Program-made: the position numbers and the translations under genes
Part shown: positions 38,535-46,667 of the stretch, piece after piece
How the letters are laid out: every line of letters starts with the position of its first letter
Position numbering within the stretch: the first letter of the stretch is position 1
Source: an uncultured Candidatus Saccharibacteria bacterium
Lineage (GTDB): Bacteria > Patescibacteriota > Minisyncoccia > CAIUEV01 > JAHKAQ01
Direction: 5' to 3'
Assembly (NCBI GenBank): GCA_964598205.1
Contig: CAZRBB010000006.1
Span: forward strand, 1-60,773
Length of the DNA: 60,773 nt
The notes under the pieces: model-generated
What the model saw: only the letters and a program-made list of their open reading frames with translations
Told to the model about the DNA's origin: nothing
Databases searched by the model: none

Positions 38535-40556
38535 CTAAAGGAAAGCGCCGCGTTTGGTTTTGCCACATTCATTGCAATGCGTAAACTCTGGAGAAAATGC
38601 CACCTGCGCCACTTCTGTTAAGCGAAAACATTTTTCTACAAAATTGGCTAAGCTTTCGGCTGGTGGTCGCGATTCTCCTAACCAAATATGAGTAATGGCG
38701 CCGGCTTCTATTAAGGGATGAAACATACCTTCTAGCCGTACCCGCTCTATTGGATCAACCGGCGCAGAAACATTTAATTGGGTGGAATTGGTGTAGTAGA
38801 CTTCGTCTTTTTTAATTACACCCTTTACCACTTTCTGCGATTCTCGGGGATACCATTTTAGATCTAATTTGGCAAAACGATAAGCAGTAGTCTCTGCCGG
38901 TGTTTGCTCCAAAACAAAGCGCATACCATAACGGGCTGCCATTTTTTCACAATGAAGCTTCATAAAAGCAATCACCTTTAAGCCAAGTTTCATTGCTTCT
39001 CTTGATTCATGCAGTTCCTGGCCAATGTGTGCTTGGACCATTTCATTTAGTCCAACCAAACCAACTAGTTGAGTTACTCGATGCATTCTTAGGTAGGCGT
39101 ATTCGTCGTCTGCTTTCTTAATGGCCAAAAGTCCTAGCGGTCCTTTGTCTTTTTTGGCCAAGAGAGATTCAATAAAACTTCTTTTTTCGCGATGAGCCTT
39201 GGCGATTAGCTCTAACCGACTAGCTAAATTGGAAAAAAGAATTTCGTCTGACCCGCCAGATTGATAAGCTACTCTAGGAAGATTTAAGGAAATGTTTTGG
39301 ATCGCCGAATAGCGCATTTTCCAAGGAGTTTTGGCGTCTTCAATGTCGCTTCTTTCTAGTTTAAAAGAAAGTCGGCAACATTCAGAAATTTTGGCTTCGT
39401 TTCTTCTGTCAAAAACAAAATAGGTGTTGCCCTTTTCTCCGGCCACTTCTGAAATCAAGTGTAAAAATCCTTCCCAGCCTTTGGTCTTAAAAAATTCTTC
39501 CGTAATGTGCACTAATGGCTTGGGAAAGAAGAACGGTCGGCCAGAAGCGTCTCCTTCTAAGTAAACTTCGAACATTGCCTTGGCAAACTCCTGTGATTCT
39601 TTTTCGTAATCGCGATATTTTTTACCGGTAAATTTTCCACCAGGACCAATCGCTGGAACATCTTTAAAATGATTAGGGATTTCCCAATAAACATTGAGAT
39701 CGGAAAAGATTGCTTGGCCACCGCGCGCTACTGATTGCTGAGAAAATTCGTAAATCAGAACTTGTGCCAATTGGCGTAAATCCTGCTTAGTTTTGCCTTT
39801 AAGATAGGGGGCCAAAAAAACATTCAGCGCGTCCCAACCGATTGCCCCTGAAAAATGGCATTGAAGCGCTGCCGAGAATTTAACCAAGTGACCAATCAGA
39901 ACTTCTGCATGCTTGGCCGGAGCAGCCTGGGAAAGAGAAGTGGTTAGGTCCAGTCCATATTTTTTAACATACTCCAGGGACTGACCACTGCAGTAGGGAC
40001 GATCCACCATTCCTAAATCGTGAAGATGAATTTCTCCTTTTAAGTGGGCATCGCCTACATCTTCGGAAAAAACCCGTAAAAGCGCATATTCCTTTTTAAT
40101 TCCTTCGGCCAAAGTCAGATTAGTTGCTTCTGGACCGTGAGGAACATTAGCATTGTCTTTGTTGGTTTCGTTTTCAATAATTTGCTTAACATCAAAAACC
40201 GGAAAACCCAAGCGAATGTATCTTTTGCGGGCTTCTTCCAAACCCATTTCCGTTAGTTCGGCATTTACTAATTCTCGAATCAGTTTAGAAGCAAAGCTCT
40301 TTAAGTTTCCTTTAAGAATTTTATCTTCCACTTCTTCGGCGATTTCGGTAGCCACATGCCGAGAAATTCCTGTTTCCTTAATTAAACTTTTAACAATCGC
40401 CTCCATGTTCCAGCCTTCAAGTTCATCGCTACTGGTTTGAACAAATAGAGCGCCGTCGGTAACATCGCTAATAAAATCAGCGGTAGAAGTTGACTGCTTT
40501 TCTTTTTTGTCTGCTCTGGTTTTGCTTTTTTCCTTTTCGCTAGATTCTTCCTTCAT
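38535..40556 (-). CDS. nrdD: Class III (anaerobic) ribonucleotide reductase large subunit lacking the glycyl-radical loop
   Basis: N-terminal ATP-cone-like region, IHLHDLG, PYCSG, ISECCRL, EQTPAE, YYTNS, GAITHIWLGE; ends CNECGKTKRGAFL*. Confidence 0.95.
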   Translation of the reverse strand: MKEESSEKEKSKTRADKKEKQSTSTADFISDVTDGALFVQTSSDELEGWNMEAIVKSLIKETGISRHVATEIAEEVEDKILKGNLKSFASKLIRELVNAELTEMGLEEARKRYIRLGFPVFDVKQIIENETNKDNANVPHGPEATNLTLAEGIKKEYALLRVFSEDVGDAHLKGEIHLHDLGMVDRPYCSGQSLEYVKKYGLDLTTSLSQAAPAKHAEVLIGHLVKFSAALQCHFSGAIGWDALNVFLAPYLKGKTKQDLRQLAQVLIYEFSQQSVARGGQAIFSDLNVYWEIPNHFKDVPAIGPGGKFTGKKYRDYEKESQEFAKAMFEVYLEGDASGRPFFFPKPLVHITEEFFKTKGWEGFLHLISEVAGEKGNTYFVFDRRNEAKISECCRLSFKLERSDIEDAKTPWKMRYSAIQNISLNLPRVAYQSGGSDEILFSNLASRLELIAKAHREKRSFIESLLAKKDKGPLGLLAIKKADDEYAYLRMHRVTQLVGLVGLNEMVQAHIGQELHESREAMKLGLKVIAFMKLHCEKMAARYGMRFVLEQTPAETTAYRFAKLDLKWYPRESQKVVKGVIKKDEVYYTNSTQLNVSAPVDPIERVRLEGMFHPLIEAGAITHIWLGESRPPAESLANFVEKCFRLTEVAQVAFSPEFTHCNECGKTKRGAFL

Positions 40557-41008
40557 CTTTTTTGCTTTAATTTTTTTATTTCTTTGTCAAAACTTTCTAA
40601 GGAACCAAAGGAACGGTAAACCGAAATAAATCGTAGGTAAGCCACATGATCTGTCTTTTTGATTTGCTCTAAAACTAATGTCCCAATTTCCTTGCTAGAA
40701 ATTACCGGCTTGTTGGCAGAAAAAATCCGACTTTCTATTGTGTCCATTATTTCTTCTATTTTGCGGTTGTCTACTGGCCGCTTTTCTAGTGCCTTTTTTA
40801 AACCGGTTTCTATTTTTTCTCTTTGGTAAGCTTCTTTTTCACCGCTTCTTTTTAGAATCAAGATATCGGTCAGCTCCGGGCGTTCATAGGTAGTGAACCG
40901 AGAGTGACACTTTTCACATTCCCGCCGCCGCCGAATAATTCGAGCTTCTTCGGCGTCTCGGGAATCAACGACACTTGTTTCTTCGTTTTCACAAAAAGGG
41001 CAACGCAT
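40553..41008 (-). CDS. nrdR: Transcriptional repressor NrdR (likely start MRCPFC at 41008)
   Basis: MRCPFC..VVDSR..RRRRECEKCHSRFTTYE, HVAYLRFISVYRSF; ATGA overlap with nrdD. Confidence 0.97.
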   Translation of the reverse strand: MRCPFCENEETSVVDSRDAEEARIIRRRRECEKCHSRFTTYERPELTDILILKRSGEKEAYQREKIETGLKKALEKRPVDNRKIEEIMDTIESRIFSANKPVISSKEIGTLVLEQIKKTDHVAYLRFISVYRSFGSLESFDKEIKKLKQKR

Positions 41009-41040
41009 TTTGTTTTTTAAAGGCTCCTTAGGGGCTTTTT

Positions 41041-41056
41041 CCACAATATGTGGTAG
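41041..41056. promoter_or_regulatory. NrdR-box-like operator CCACAATATGTGGTAG
   Basis: 11/16 match to acaCwAtATaTwGtgt; lies between the promoter and the nrdR start. Confidence 0.65.
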
Positions 41057-41067
41057 AGGTAAGTGGC

Positions 41068-41095
41068 ATTATAGCACAACCAAATTCCGATGCAA
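41068..41095 (-). promoter_or_regulatory. Promoter of the nrd operon, TTGCAT-N16-TATAAT with extended -10 (TGTGCTATAAT)
   Basis: -10 at 41068-73, -35 at 41090-95. Confidence 0.65.
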
Positions 41096-41136
41096 ATCTA
41101 AGAAAAATCCCTTTAATTAGCCAAAAAAACAGTCAC

Positions 41137-41172
41137 AAAAAAAGAGCAGGGATTAATCCCCGCTCTTTTTTT
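41137..41172. terminator. Bidirectional intrinsic terminator after ftsZ
   Basis: A7-GAGCAGGGAT-TA-ATCCCCGCTC-T7. Confidence 0.85.
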
Positions 41173-41189
41173 ATTAAAGAAATATTTTT

Positions 41190-42443
41190 TTAGCGCCGAT
41201 CTTCTGGGGACATTTTTTTCCTAATAAAAGTAGGAATTTCTAATTCGTCTTCGTCTTCTCGACCTTTATTTTCTAATTCGTCGGCATACCGTATTCGCTT
41301 GGTTGGTCTTTTTATTTTTTGAGGTTCAGCTGTTTTTTCTTCGGAAAATTCGTTGAAAGAAGGTACTGATCTAGAAACCGAAGGCTCAAAGCTTGTATTA
41401 TTCACTCCTTGCATTCCCGAAGATCTTTGCTCAGAAGAAGAGGAAGGCATTTCTAGGTTGCCTAAATTTTCTTCTGGATCAAAACCAGTAGCTACCACTG
41501 TAATTGTAATTTCGTCTTTCTTTTGATCTAATTGTTCTTTGTCTAAAAGCGCAGTACCAAAAATAACTTTAGCGTTGGGATCAATATTTTCTGTAATTAC
41601 GCTGGCCGCTTCGTTGATTTCCATCATTCCAATATCTGGACCGCCTAGAACATTAAACAGAACTCCCTTAGCTCCATCAATAGACATTTCTAAAAGCGGA
41701 GAGTTAATTGCCTGACGCGCCGCTTCTGCCGCTCTGTTTTCTCCAGAAGCCCTTCCAATACCCATTAGGGCCGATCCGGCATCTTTCATGATCATTTTAA
41801 CATCGGCAAAGTCAAGATTGACTGTTCCAGGAATTGTAATTAAATCAGAAATTCCTTGAACACCTTGTTTTAGGATGTCGTCAACTGCCTTAAAAGCACA
41901 AAGCAAGCTAGTTTTTTTATCTATTACTTGTAATAGCCGATCGTTAGGAATAGTTACTAAAGCGTCTACCCGATCTTTTAGGTTTTCTATTCCTTCTTCC
42001 GCAATTGCCGTTCGTTGTGCTCCTTCAAAGGTAAAAGGTTTGGTAATAACGCCTACGGTTAACGCTCCCGATTCCTTGGCTACTTCTGCCACTACCGGAG
42101 AAGCTCCTGTGCCAGTACCGCCACCCATTCCACAGCAAACAAAAATCATGTCCGCATTTTTAAGTACTTCATTGATTTCGTCGCGATTTTCTTCGGCCGC
42201 TTGCCTACCGATTTCTGGATTCATACCAGCACCACGACCTTTGGTTAGATTTTTACCAATATGAATTTTTTCTGTGGCGTGATTAAGATGAAGATCTTGG
42301 GCGTCGGTATTGATCGCCACGAACTCAATTCCTCTCATTTTTGATTCCATCATTCGATCAATGGCATGTCCACCACCACCACCCACTCCCACCACCAGAA
42401 TCCTAGCGGAGACCTCAATATTAGTTTTTACTTCTGCGACCAT
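41190..42443 (-). CDS. ftsZ: Cell division protein FtsZ
   Basis: [33 protein letters not shown]-terminal LEIPTFIRK. Confidence 0.99.
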   Translation of the reverse strand: MVAEVKTNIEVSARILVVGVGGGGGHAIDRMMESKMRGIEFVAINTDAQDLHLNHATEKIHIGKNLTKGRGAGMNPEIGRQAAEENRDEINEVLKNADMIFVCCGMGGGTGTGASPVVAEVAKESGALTVGVITKPFTFEGAQRTAIAEEGIENLKDRVDALVTIPNDRLLQVIDKKTSLLCAFKAVDDILKQGVQGISDLITIPGTVNLDFADVKMIMKDAGSALMGIGRASGENRAAEAARQAINSPLLEMSIDGAKGVLFNVLGGPDIGMMEINEAASVITENIDPNAKVIFGTALLDKEQLDQKKDEITITVVATGFDPEENLGNLEMPSSSSEQRSSGMQGVNNTSFEPSVSRSVPSFNEFSEEKTAEPQKIKRPTKRIRYADELENKGREDEDELEIPTFIRKKMSPEDRR

Positions 42444-42489
42444 ATTCTTAAAAAACTTAAGATTTATTTTGATTCTTAACTAATCAGGA

Positions 42490-42519
42490 ATGCTAGCACA
42501 ACTAAAATTCTTCTGTCAA
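42490..42519 (-). promoter_or_regulatory. Putative ftsZ promoter TTGACA-N18-TAGCAT with extended -10 TG
   Basis: -35 at 42514-19, -10 at 42490-95. Confidence 0.55.
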
Positions 42520-42525
42520 TTAGAT

Positions 42526-43803
42526 TCAAGGGAGAAATTCGTTTTTAACCCAATTTTTTATTTTCCCAACAACATCCTTTACGGGAAAAGGAAGTTTCCT
42601 GTGCCATCCCCCTCCTTTTCTACCCCAAGGCCAAGTCCATCCTCCGTCGCCTTCAAAATTATCCATTCCCCAAAAGATTAAACCGGCGGCAGTAACAAAT
42701 CCAGGTTCATCTATTTTATCTATGATTCCGCCTAGCTCTTTGGGGAAACCGGTTTGAGCGGGTAACTTTAAAACATCTTTGGCCAAATCCACGGAGCCAA
42801 TCAGCTTGGCCGATCCTCCCACTAAAACAACTCCAGCAGGAAGCATGCCATCGCGATCAATCCTTTTTAACTCTTTGTTGACTAGTTCAAAAATTTCCTC
42901 CATCCGCGCTTCTATAATTTCGGCAACATGTCTTCTGGAGATTATAATTCCTTCGTTTTTATCGAATTTAGAAAGATCAATTTGATCTTTTTTCCCAATC
43001 TCAGCCGACAAGCAGGAACCATATTTAATTTTGACTTCTTCGGCTACTTCAATAGAGGTGCGTAGTCCAATGGCAATATCATTAGTAATATTCGCACCAC
43101 CAATGGGAATAATTCCTATATGCAAAAGTTCGCCTTGATCATAAACGGCAACACTGGTGGTTCCTGCACCAATACTCACCAATGCTACTCCTAATTCTTT
43201 TTGGCGTCTGTTTAAGGCAGACATTTCTGCTGCTAAGGGAGCAAGCACTAATTCGTTTTCGCTGATTCCTGTTTGAAAAAGACATTTCCGAATATTTTTT
43301 AAGTGAGTAGAAGAAGCTTCGATAATTAAACAATCGGCTTCCAGCCGTACTCCACTCATTCCTATTGGATCCTTAATTTCGTCTTGGCTGTCTAAGGTAT
43401 ATTTTCGGGGAATAACATGAATGATTTCTTTGTTATTGGGAATAGAAATAGTTTCGGCTTGCTCTATGGCACGATTCACATCTCTTTCGGTTACTTCGCC
43501 ATTAGCCATGCCAATAGCAATCGCTCCCTTAGTCACTTGAGAAGTAATATCACCATTGCCAATACTTACAAAAGCATTTTCCACCGGTACTCCCGCCATT
43601 CGTTCCGCAGTCTCTACTGCTTTATTAATAGCGGCAGCCGTTTCCTCTATGTCCACTACCAGTCCCTTCCTCATTCCAAAAGCAGCTTCTTCTCCCACTC
43701 CAATAACTAAAGGTTTGTCACCTTCTCTTTCTGGTCTTTGCGCAACAATAACCCGCACCTTAGAGGTTCCAATATCGATAGCGACAACCGTATTACTATT
43801 CAT
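42526..43803 (-). CDS. ftsA: Cell division protein FtsA (start at 43803; the ORF-track start lies inside tRNA-Ile)
   Basis: AIDIGTSKV, GMRKGLVVD, IHVIPRKY, IGAGTT, AEEVKIKYG, LVGGSAKL. Confidence 0.98.
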   Translation of the reverse strand: MNSNTVVAIDIGTSKVRVIVAQRPEREGDKPLVIGVGEEAAFGMRKGLVVDIEETAAAINKAVETAERMAGVPVENAFVSIGNGDITSQVTKGAIAIGMANGEVTERDVNRAIEQAETISIPNNKEIIHVIPRKYTLDSQDEIKDPIGMSGVRLEADCLIIEASSTHLKNIRKCLFQTGISENELVLAPLAAEMSALNRRQKELGVALVSIGAGTTSVAVYDQGELLHIGIIPIGGANITNDIAIGLRTSIEVAEEVKIKYGSCLSAEIGKKDQIDLSKFDKNEGIIISRRHVAEIIEARMEEIFELVNKELKRIDRDGMLPAGVVLVGGSAKLIGSVDLAKDVLKLPAQTGFPKELGGIIDKIDEPGFVTAAGLIFWGMDNFEGDGGWTWPWGRKGGGWHRKLPFPVKDVVGKIKNWVKNEFLP

Positions 43804-43848
43804 TTTTTGTTTTAGAAGACTTATTGCTTTTTCCTTAGCCTTGCTTAG

Positions 43849-43922
43849 TGGGCGACTCAGGACTCGAACCTGAGACCTCGTCATTATCAGTGACGCGCTC
43901 TAACCAACTGAGCTAGTCGCCC
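43849..43922 (-). tRNA. tRNA-Ile(GAU), CCA not encoded
   Basis: GGGCGAC acceptor, anticodon arm CGTCA-CTGATAA-TGACG, TTCGAGT T-loop; followed by CTA. Confidence 0.96.
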
Positions 43923-43931
43923 CCTATTTAA

Positions 43932-44012
43932 TGACGAATTACCGATCACAAATTACGAATTATCAACTAGCCATTCTCACTTATTCGTAATTCGTGATTT
44001 AACATTCGTAAT
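43932..44012. repeat. AT-rich AATTACG/ATTCGTA-type quasi-palindromic repeat
   Basis: acgaatt..aattacgaatt ... attcgtaattcgt..attcgtaatt; overlaps the 3' end of ybeY. Confidence 0.6.
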
Positions 44013-44486
44013 TAAATGAAAATATTCCCTAATCACTCTTTTTTCCTTGGCCTTCATTATTGCTTCTTCCTTTCTGGTTTGGTGATCTTGGCCAGAAAGG
44101 TGAAGCACTCCGTGAGCAATTGTCCTTACCAGCGCTTCTGGAAATCCCTCTTGTTCTTCTTTTAAAGAAAGAACAAAATCTGGCGCTATATAAACTTCTC
44201 CCACGCTCTCTTCTTTATTGAGGGTAGGCTTTTCCCCATGATCAGTACCGTATCGGTAATCAAAAGAAAGTACATCTGTTACCCCTTCCTTGTGCCGAAA
44301 CCTCCGATTCAATCCTTCTAAAAAACTATCCTCTGCAAAAATCAAATTGATCACTAAAGGAAGTCTGGTTAAATCGCTTAAGCCCAACCGTAAAGCCTTA
44401 TCTAATCTTTCTTTCTTTATAAAATCTAATCGTTCCTTCCCTGAATAGTCGTTCTTAAAAACCGCAATCTTAAAAGAGCTGTTCAC
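43977..44486 (-). CDS. ybeY: rRNA maturation endoribonuclease YbeY
   Basis: LNRRFR..TDVLSF, GEVYI, AHGVLHLSGQDH. Confidence 0.93.
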   Translation of the reverse strand: MNSSFKIAVFKNDYSGKERLDFIKKERLDKALRLGLSDLTRLPLVINLIFAEDSFLEGLNRRFRHKEGVTDVLSFDYRYGTDHGEKPTLNKEESVGEVYIAPDFVLSLKEEQEGFPEALVRTIAHGVLHLSGQDHQTRKEEAIMKAKEKRVIREYFHLITNVKSRITNK

Positions 44487-44929
44487 TGAAGGATTTTTAA
44501 AACAGCTTCCTTTACTACTTCTCCAGAAGCTCTTCCCTTAACTTCTTTAATGGCAATTCCCATTACTTTCCCCATATCTTTTGGCGACTCCGCCTTAGCT
44601 TCTTTTACTGCTTTTTCCACAATTTCTTTTAGTTCTTCTTCCGATAAATCTTCTGGCAGAAGCTTCTTAATGATCACTATTTCTTTCTCCTCTTTTTCCT
44701 TTAAATCTAAACGACCACCAGCGCCGAATTGTTCGGCAGCATCCTTCCTTGATTTTACCTGACTTTGCAAAATTACCAAAATTTCTTCTTCTTTTAATTC
44801 TCGCTTGACTTCAATTCTCTTGTTCCCAATAGCAGATTTAAGTAATCGAAAAACACTAGTCGTTAAACCGTCTTTAGCTTTTAAGCTTTCTACTAATTTT
44901 TGATTGATTGTTGAAATTAAATCGGACAT
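44483..44929 (-). CDS. GatB/YqeY domain protein
   Basis: QVKSRKDA..F..GGRLDL..KEEKEI, KDMGKVMG, GRASG. Confidence 0.92.
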   Translation of the reverse strand: MSDLISTINQKLVESLKAKDGLTTSVFRLLKSAIGNKRIEVKRELKEEEILVILQSQVKSRKDAAEQFGAGGRLDLKEKEEKEIVIIKKLLPEDLSEEELKEIVEKAVKEAKAESPKDMGKVMGIAIKEVKGRASGEVVKEAVLKILQ

Positions 44930-45190
44930 TTACCTTGCTTTACCGATTTTTCCAGCCATGAAGCGATTTTTTTCTTCTTCTAAGCGGCCTAACTTCTTTA
45001 ACCGTTCCCTTTCTTTCTGAACAGAAATGCGGTAAAGAGCCCTTAGACGCCTCTCTCTTCTGGTTTCTGGTTTGGAATAATATCTCCTTTTGCGATCTCG
45101 TCGACCAATACCGCTTTGCTGCCAGCGTTTGGAAAAACGACGCAAAAGACTTTCTACTGGTTCACTACCCTTGTTCCTTACCTCGACCAT
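44930..45190 (-). CDS. rpsU: 30S ribosomal protein S21
   Basis: EPVESLLRRFSK..RRYYSKP..RR. Confidence 0.85.
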   Translation of the reverse strand: MVEVRNKGSEPVESLLRRFSKRWQQSGIGRRDRKRRYYSKPETRRERRLRALYRISVQKERERLKKLGRLEEEKNRFMAGKIGKAR

Positions 45191-45307
45191 TTCTCCACCT
45201 CCTTTTCTTTTTTAAACAAAAAAATCATAAACAAATATACACAAAATTAAAGCGCTAAAAAGCGACTACCCAATTAATAACACAACAAAATAAAAATCAC
45301 AAGTTTA

Positions 45308-46123
45308 CTAAGGAGTGCTTTTTTTGTTTAAATCGCCAACAAATTCTTTAATCATTTCTTCCTGAACGCTCATACTATTGGTAATAATAATAAGGTTGTC
45401 TGCTACTGTGTAGTTTAAGGAAACAGCACCGTCTTGACTAAAATTAATAAAGCGACTGTTTTTAAAATGACTGCTAGTGGTGAACTCTTTTTTACCAGAA
45501 ACTTTTACTATGTCGTATTTTTCTCCGATTAAAACGAACTTCTTTAAATCCATCACCATTTCTTTTTCCCATTCTCCAATCAAAGAAGCGTTTTGGGTAG
45601 CCATTTTATTGTTTTTAATCAAAATTGCTTCACTGGGAGCAATATCGTTTGTTCCCCAGTAGATATAAAAAGCTAAGACTTCTATATCTTTAGAAACAGA
45701 ATCTGGAAAATAAACCTTGGCTTTTTGTAAGGCATCCCAAAGCCTAATTGGTTCGTTAGCTGGGGAAAAAAACGAAACTTTTTGTAATTCTTTTTTGACT
45801 CGAGAAAAATGATTCGGCACTTCTGTGGCAAGATCTGTTTTGTCGTTTAAGGTAATTGAAAGAGAAGAAACAGAAGAAGGGGAAGAAGGATCTTCTGTCT
45901 TATTTTGAGAAAAAATGTCTTCTATTTCTCCGCCAGAGCCAGTTTTGGTGCTCCCATTAACTCCGGTTCCATTCTTTGAGGAATTAGGGGAATTGTTACT
46001 CTTTTGGTTCTTATTGGAAATAGAACCTATAACCAAAAGAAGAGCAATTCCCGCTATCCCAAAGGCTAGTCTTTTGATTACCTTTTCCATTCCCTTGCTT
46101 TTGTTTTTGATTTCTTTTTCCAT
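45308..46123 (-). CDS. Membrane-anchored hypothetical protein
   Basis: N-terminal TM helix followed by an S/N/G-rich linker. Confidence 0.7.
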   Translation of the reverse strand: MEKEIKNKSKGMEKVIKRLAFGIAGIALLLVIGSISNKNQKSNNSPNSSKNGTGVNGSTKTGSGGEIEDIFSQNKTEDPSSPSSVSSLSITLNDKTDLATEVPNHFSRVKKELQKVSFFSPANEPIRLWDALQKAKVYFPDSVSKDIEVLAFYIYWGTNDIAPSEAILIKNNKMATQNASLIGEWEKEMVMDLKKFVLIGEKYDIVKVSGKKEFTTSSHFKNSRFINFSQDGAVSLNYTVADNLIIITNSMSVQEEMIKEFVGDLNKKSTP

Positions 46124-46157
46124 GGGATTAATTATAGCAGATTCTAAATTAATTTCT

Positions 46158-46227
46158 AATTTTGAATTTTGAATTTTGAAATAATTTAGAAATTAGAATT
46201 TTAAAATTTAATCGAAATTCAAAATTC
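46158..46227. repeat. AT-rich heptamer-period element (homologue of 37507-37575)
   Basis: TTTGAAT x3 ... ATTCAAA x2. Confidence 0.75.
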
Positions 46228-46299
46228 AAAGCATAGCTGGTAGTTTCTTTTGCCAGACAAGGCTCTGAGTCTGCCCAAAGAAACTACCAGCTATGCTTT
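46228..46299. repeat. Long hairpin E (23-bp perfect arm; apex CAGAC-AAGGCTCTGA-GTCTG)
   Basis: Arms 46228-50 / 46277-99. Confidence 0.9.
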
Positions 46300-46359
46300 T
46301 GCCTTCCTAGCAGTAAAAATGTAAAATGGGAGTAAATAAAAAAATAATCTTCAAGTCTT

Positions 46360-46653
46360 ATGGAGAAAAAAGAAAAACTAATACAAATCATTCAGGAAAG
46401 CAGTCTTCCCAGTGAAGACAAAGCTCTTTGGGAAAAAACCATTGTTGAATCTTCTCCTGATTTTATTGAAAATTCCATAGAAATTTTGGAACACTTTCCA
46501 GAAGAATTAAGTTGGTTTAACGATATTTTTAAAAGAAAGCAAGCCGCTTTTGTCCTTATGGGTAAAAACAAAGCAGAAGCTAAAACGCTTTTGGCCAAGA
46601 TTTACCAAGAAGAAAGAAATAAATTAGAAAAACTACTCGTTAATCCAGAATAA
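46360..46653 (+). CDS. Hypothetical protein
   Basis: 97-aa ORF with ATG start, directly upstream of 46668. Confidence 0.65.
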   Translation: MEKKEKLIQIIQESSLPSEDKALWEKTIVESSPDFIENSIEILEHFPEELSWFNDIFKRKQAAFVLMGKNKAEAKTLLAKIYQEERNKLEKLLVNPE

Positions 46654-46667
46654 ATTATTAGAAAAAT

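Noticed and set aside
41009-41044. GTG start and extension of NrdR
   Set aside because: It overlaps the operator and leader hairpin; the conserved NrdR start is MRCPFC at 41008
43804-43884. N-terminal extension of FtsA (MTRSQVRVLSRP..)
   Set aside because: It is read through the tRNA-Ile gene; the real start is ATG at 43803
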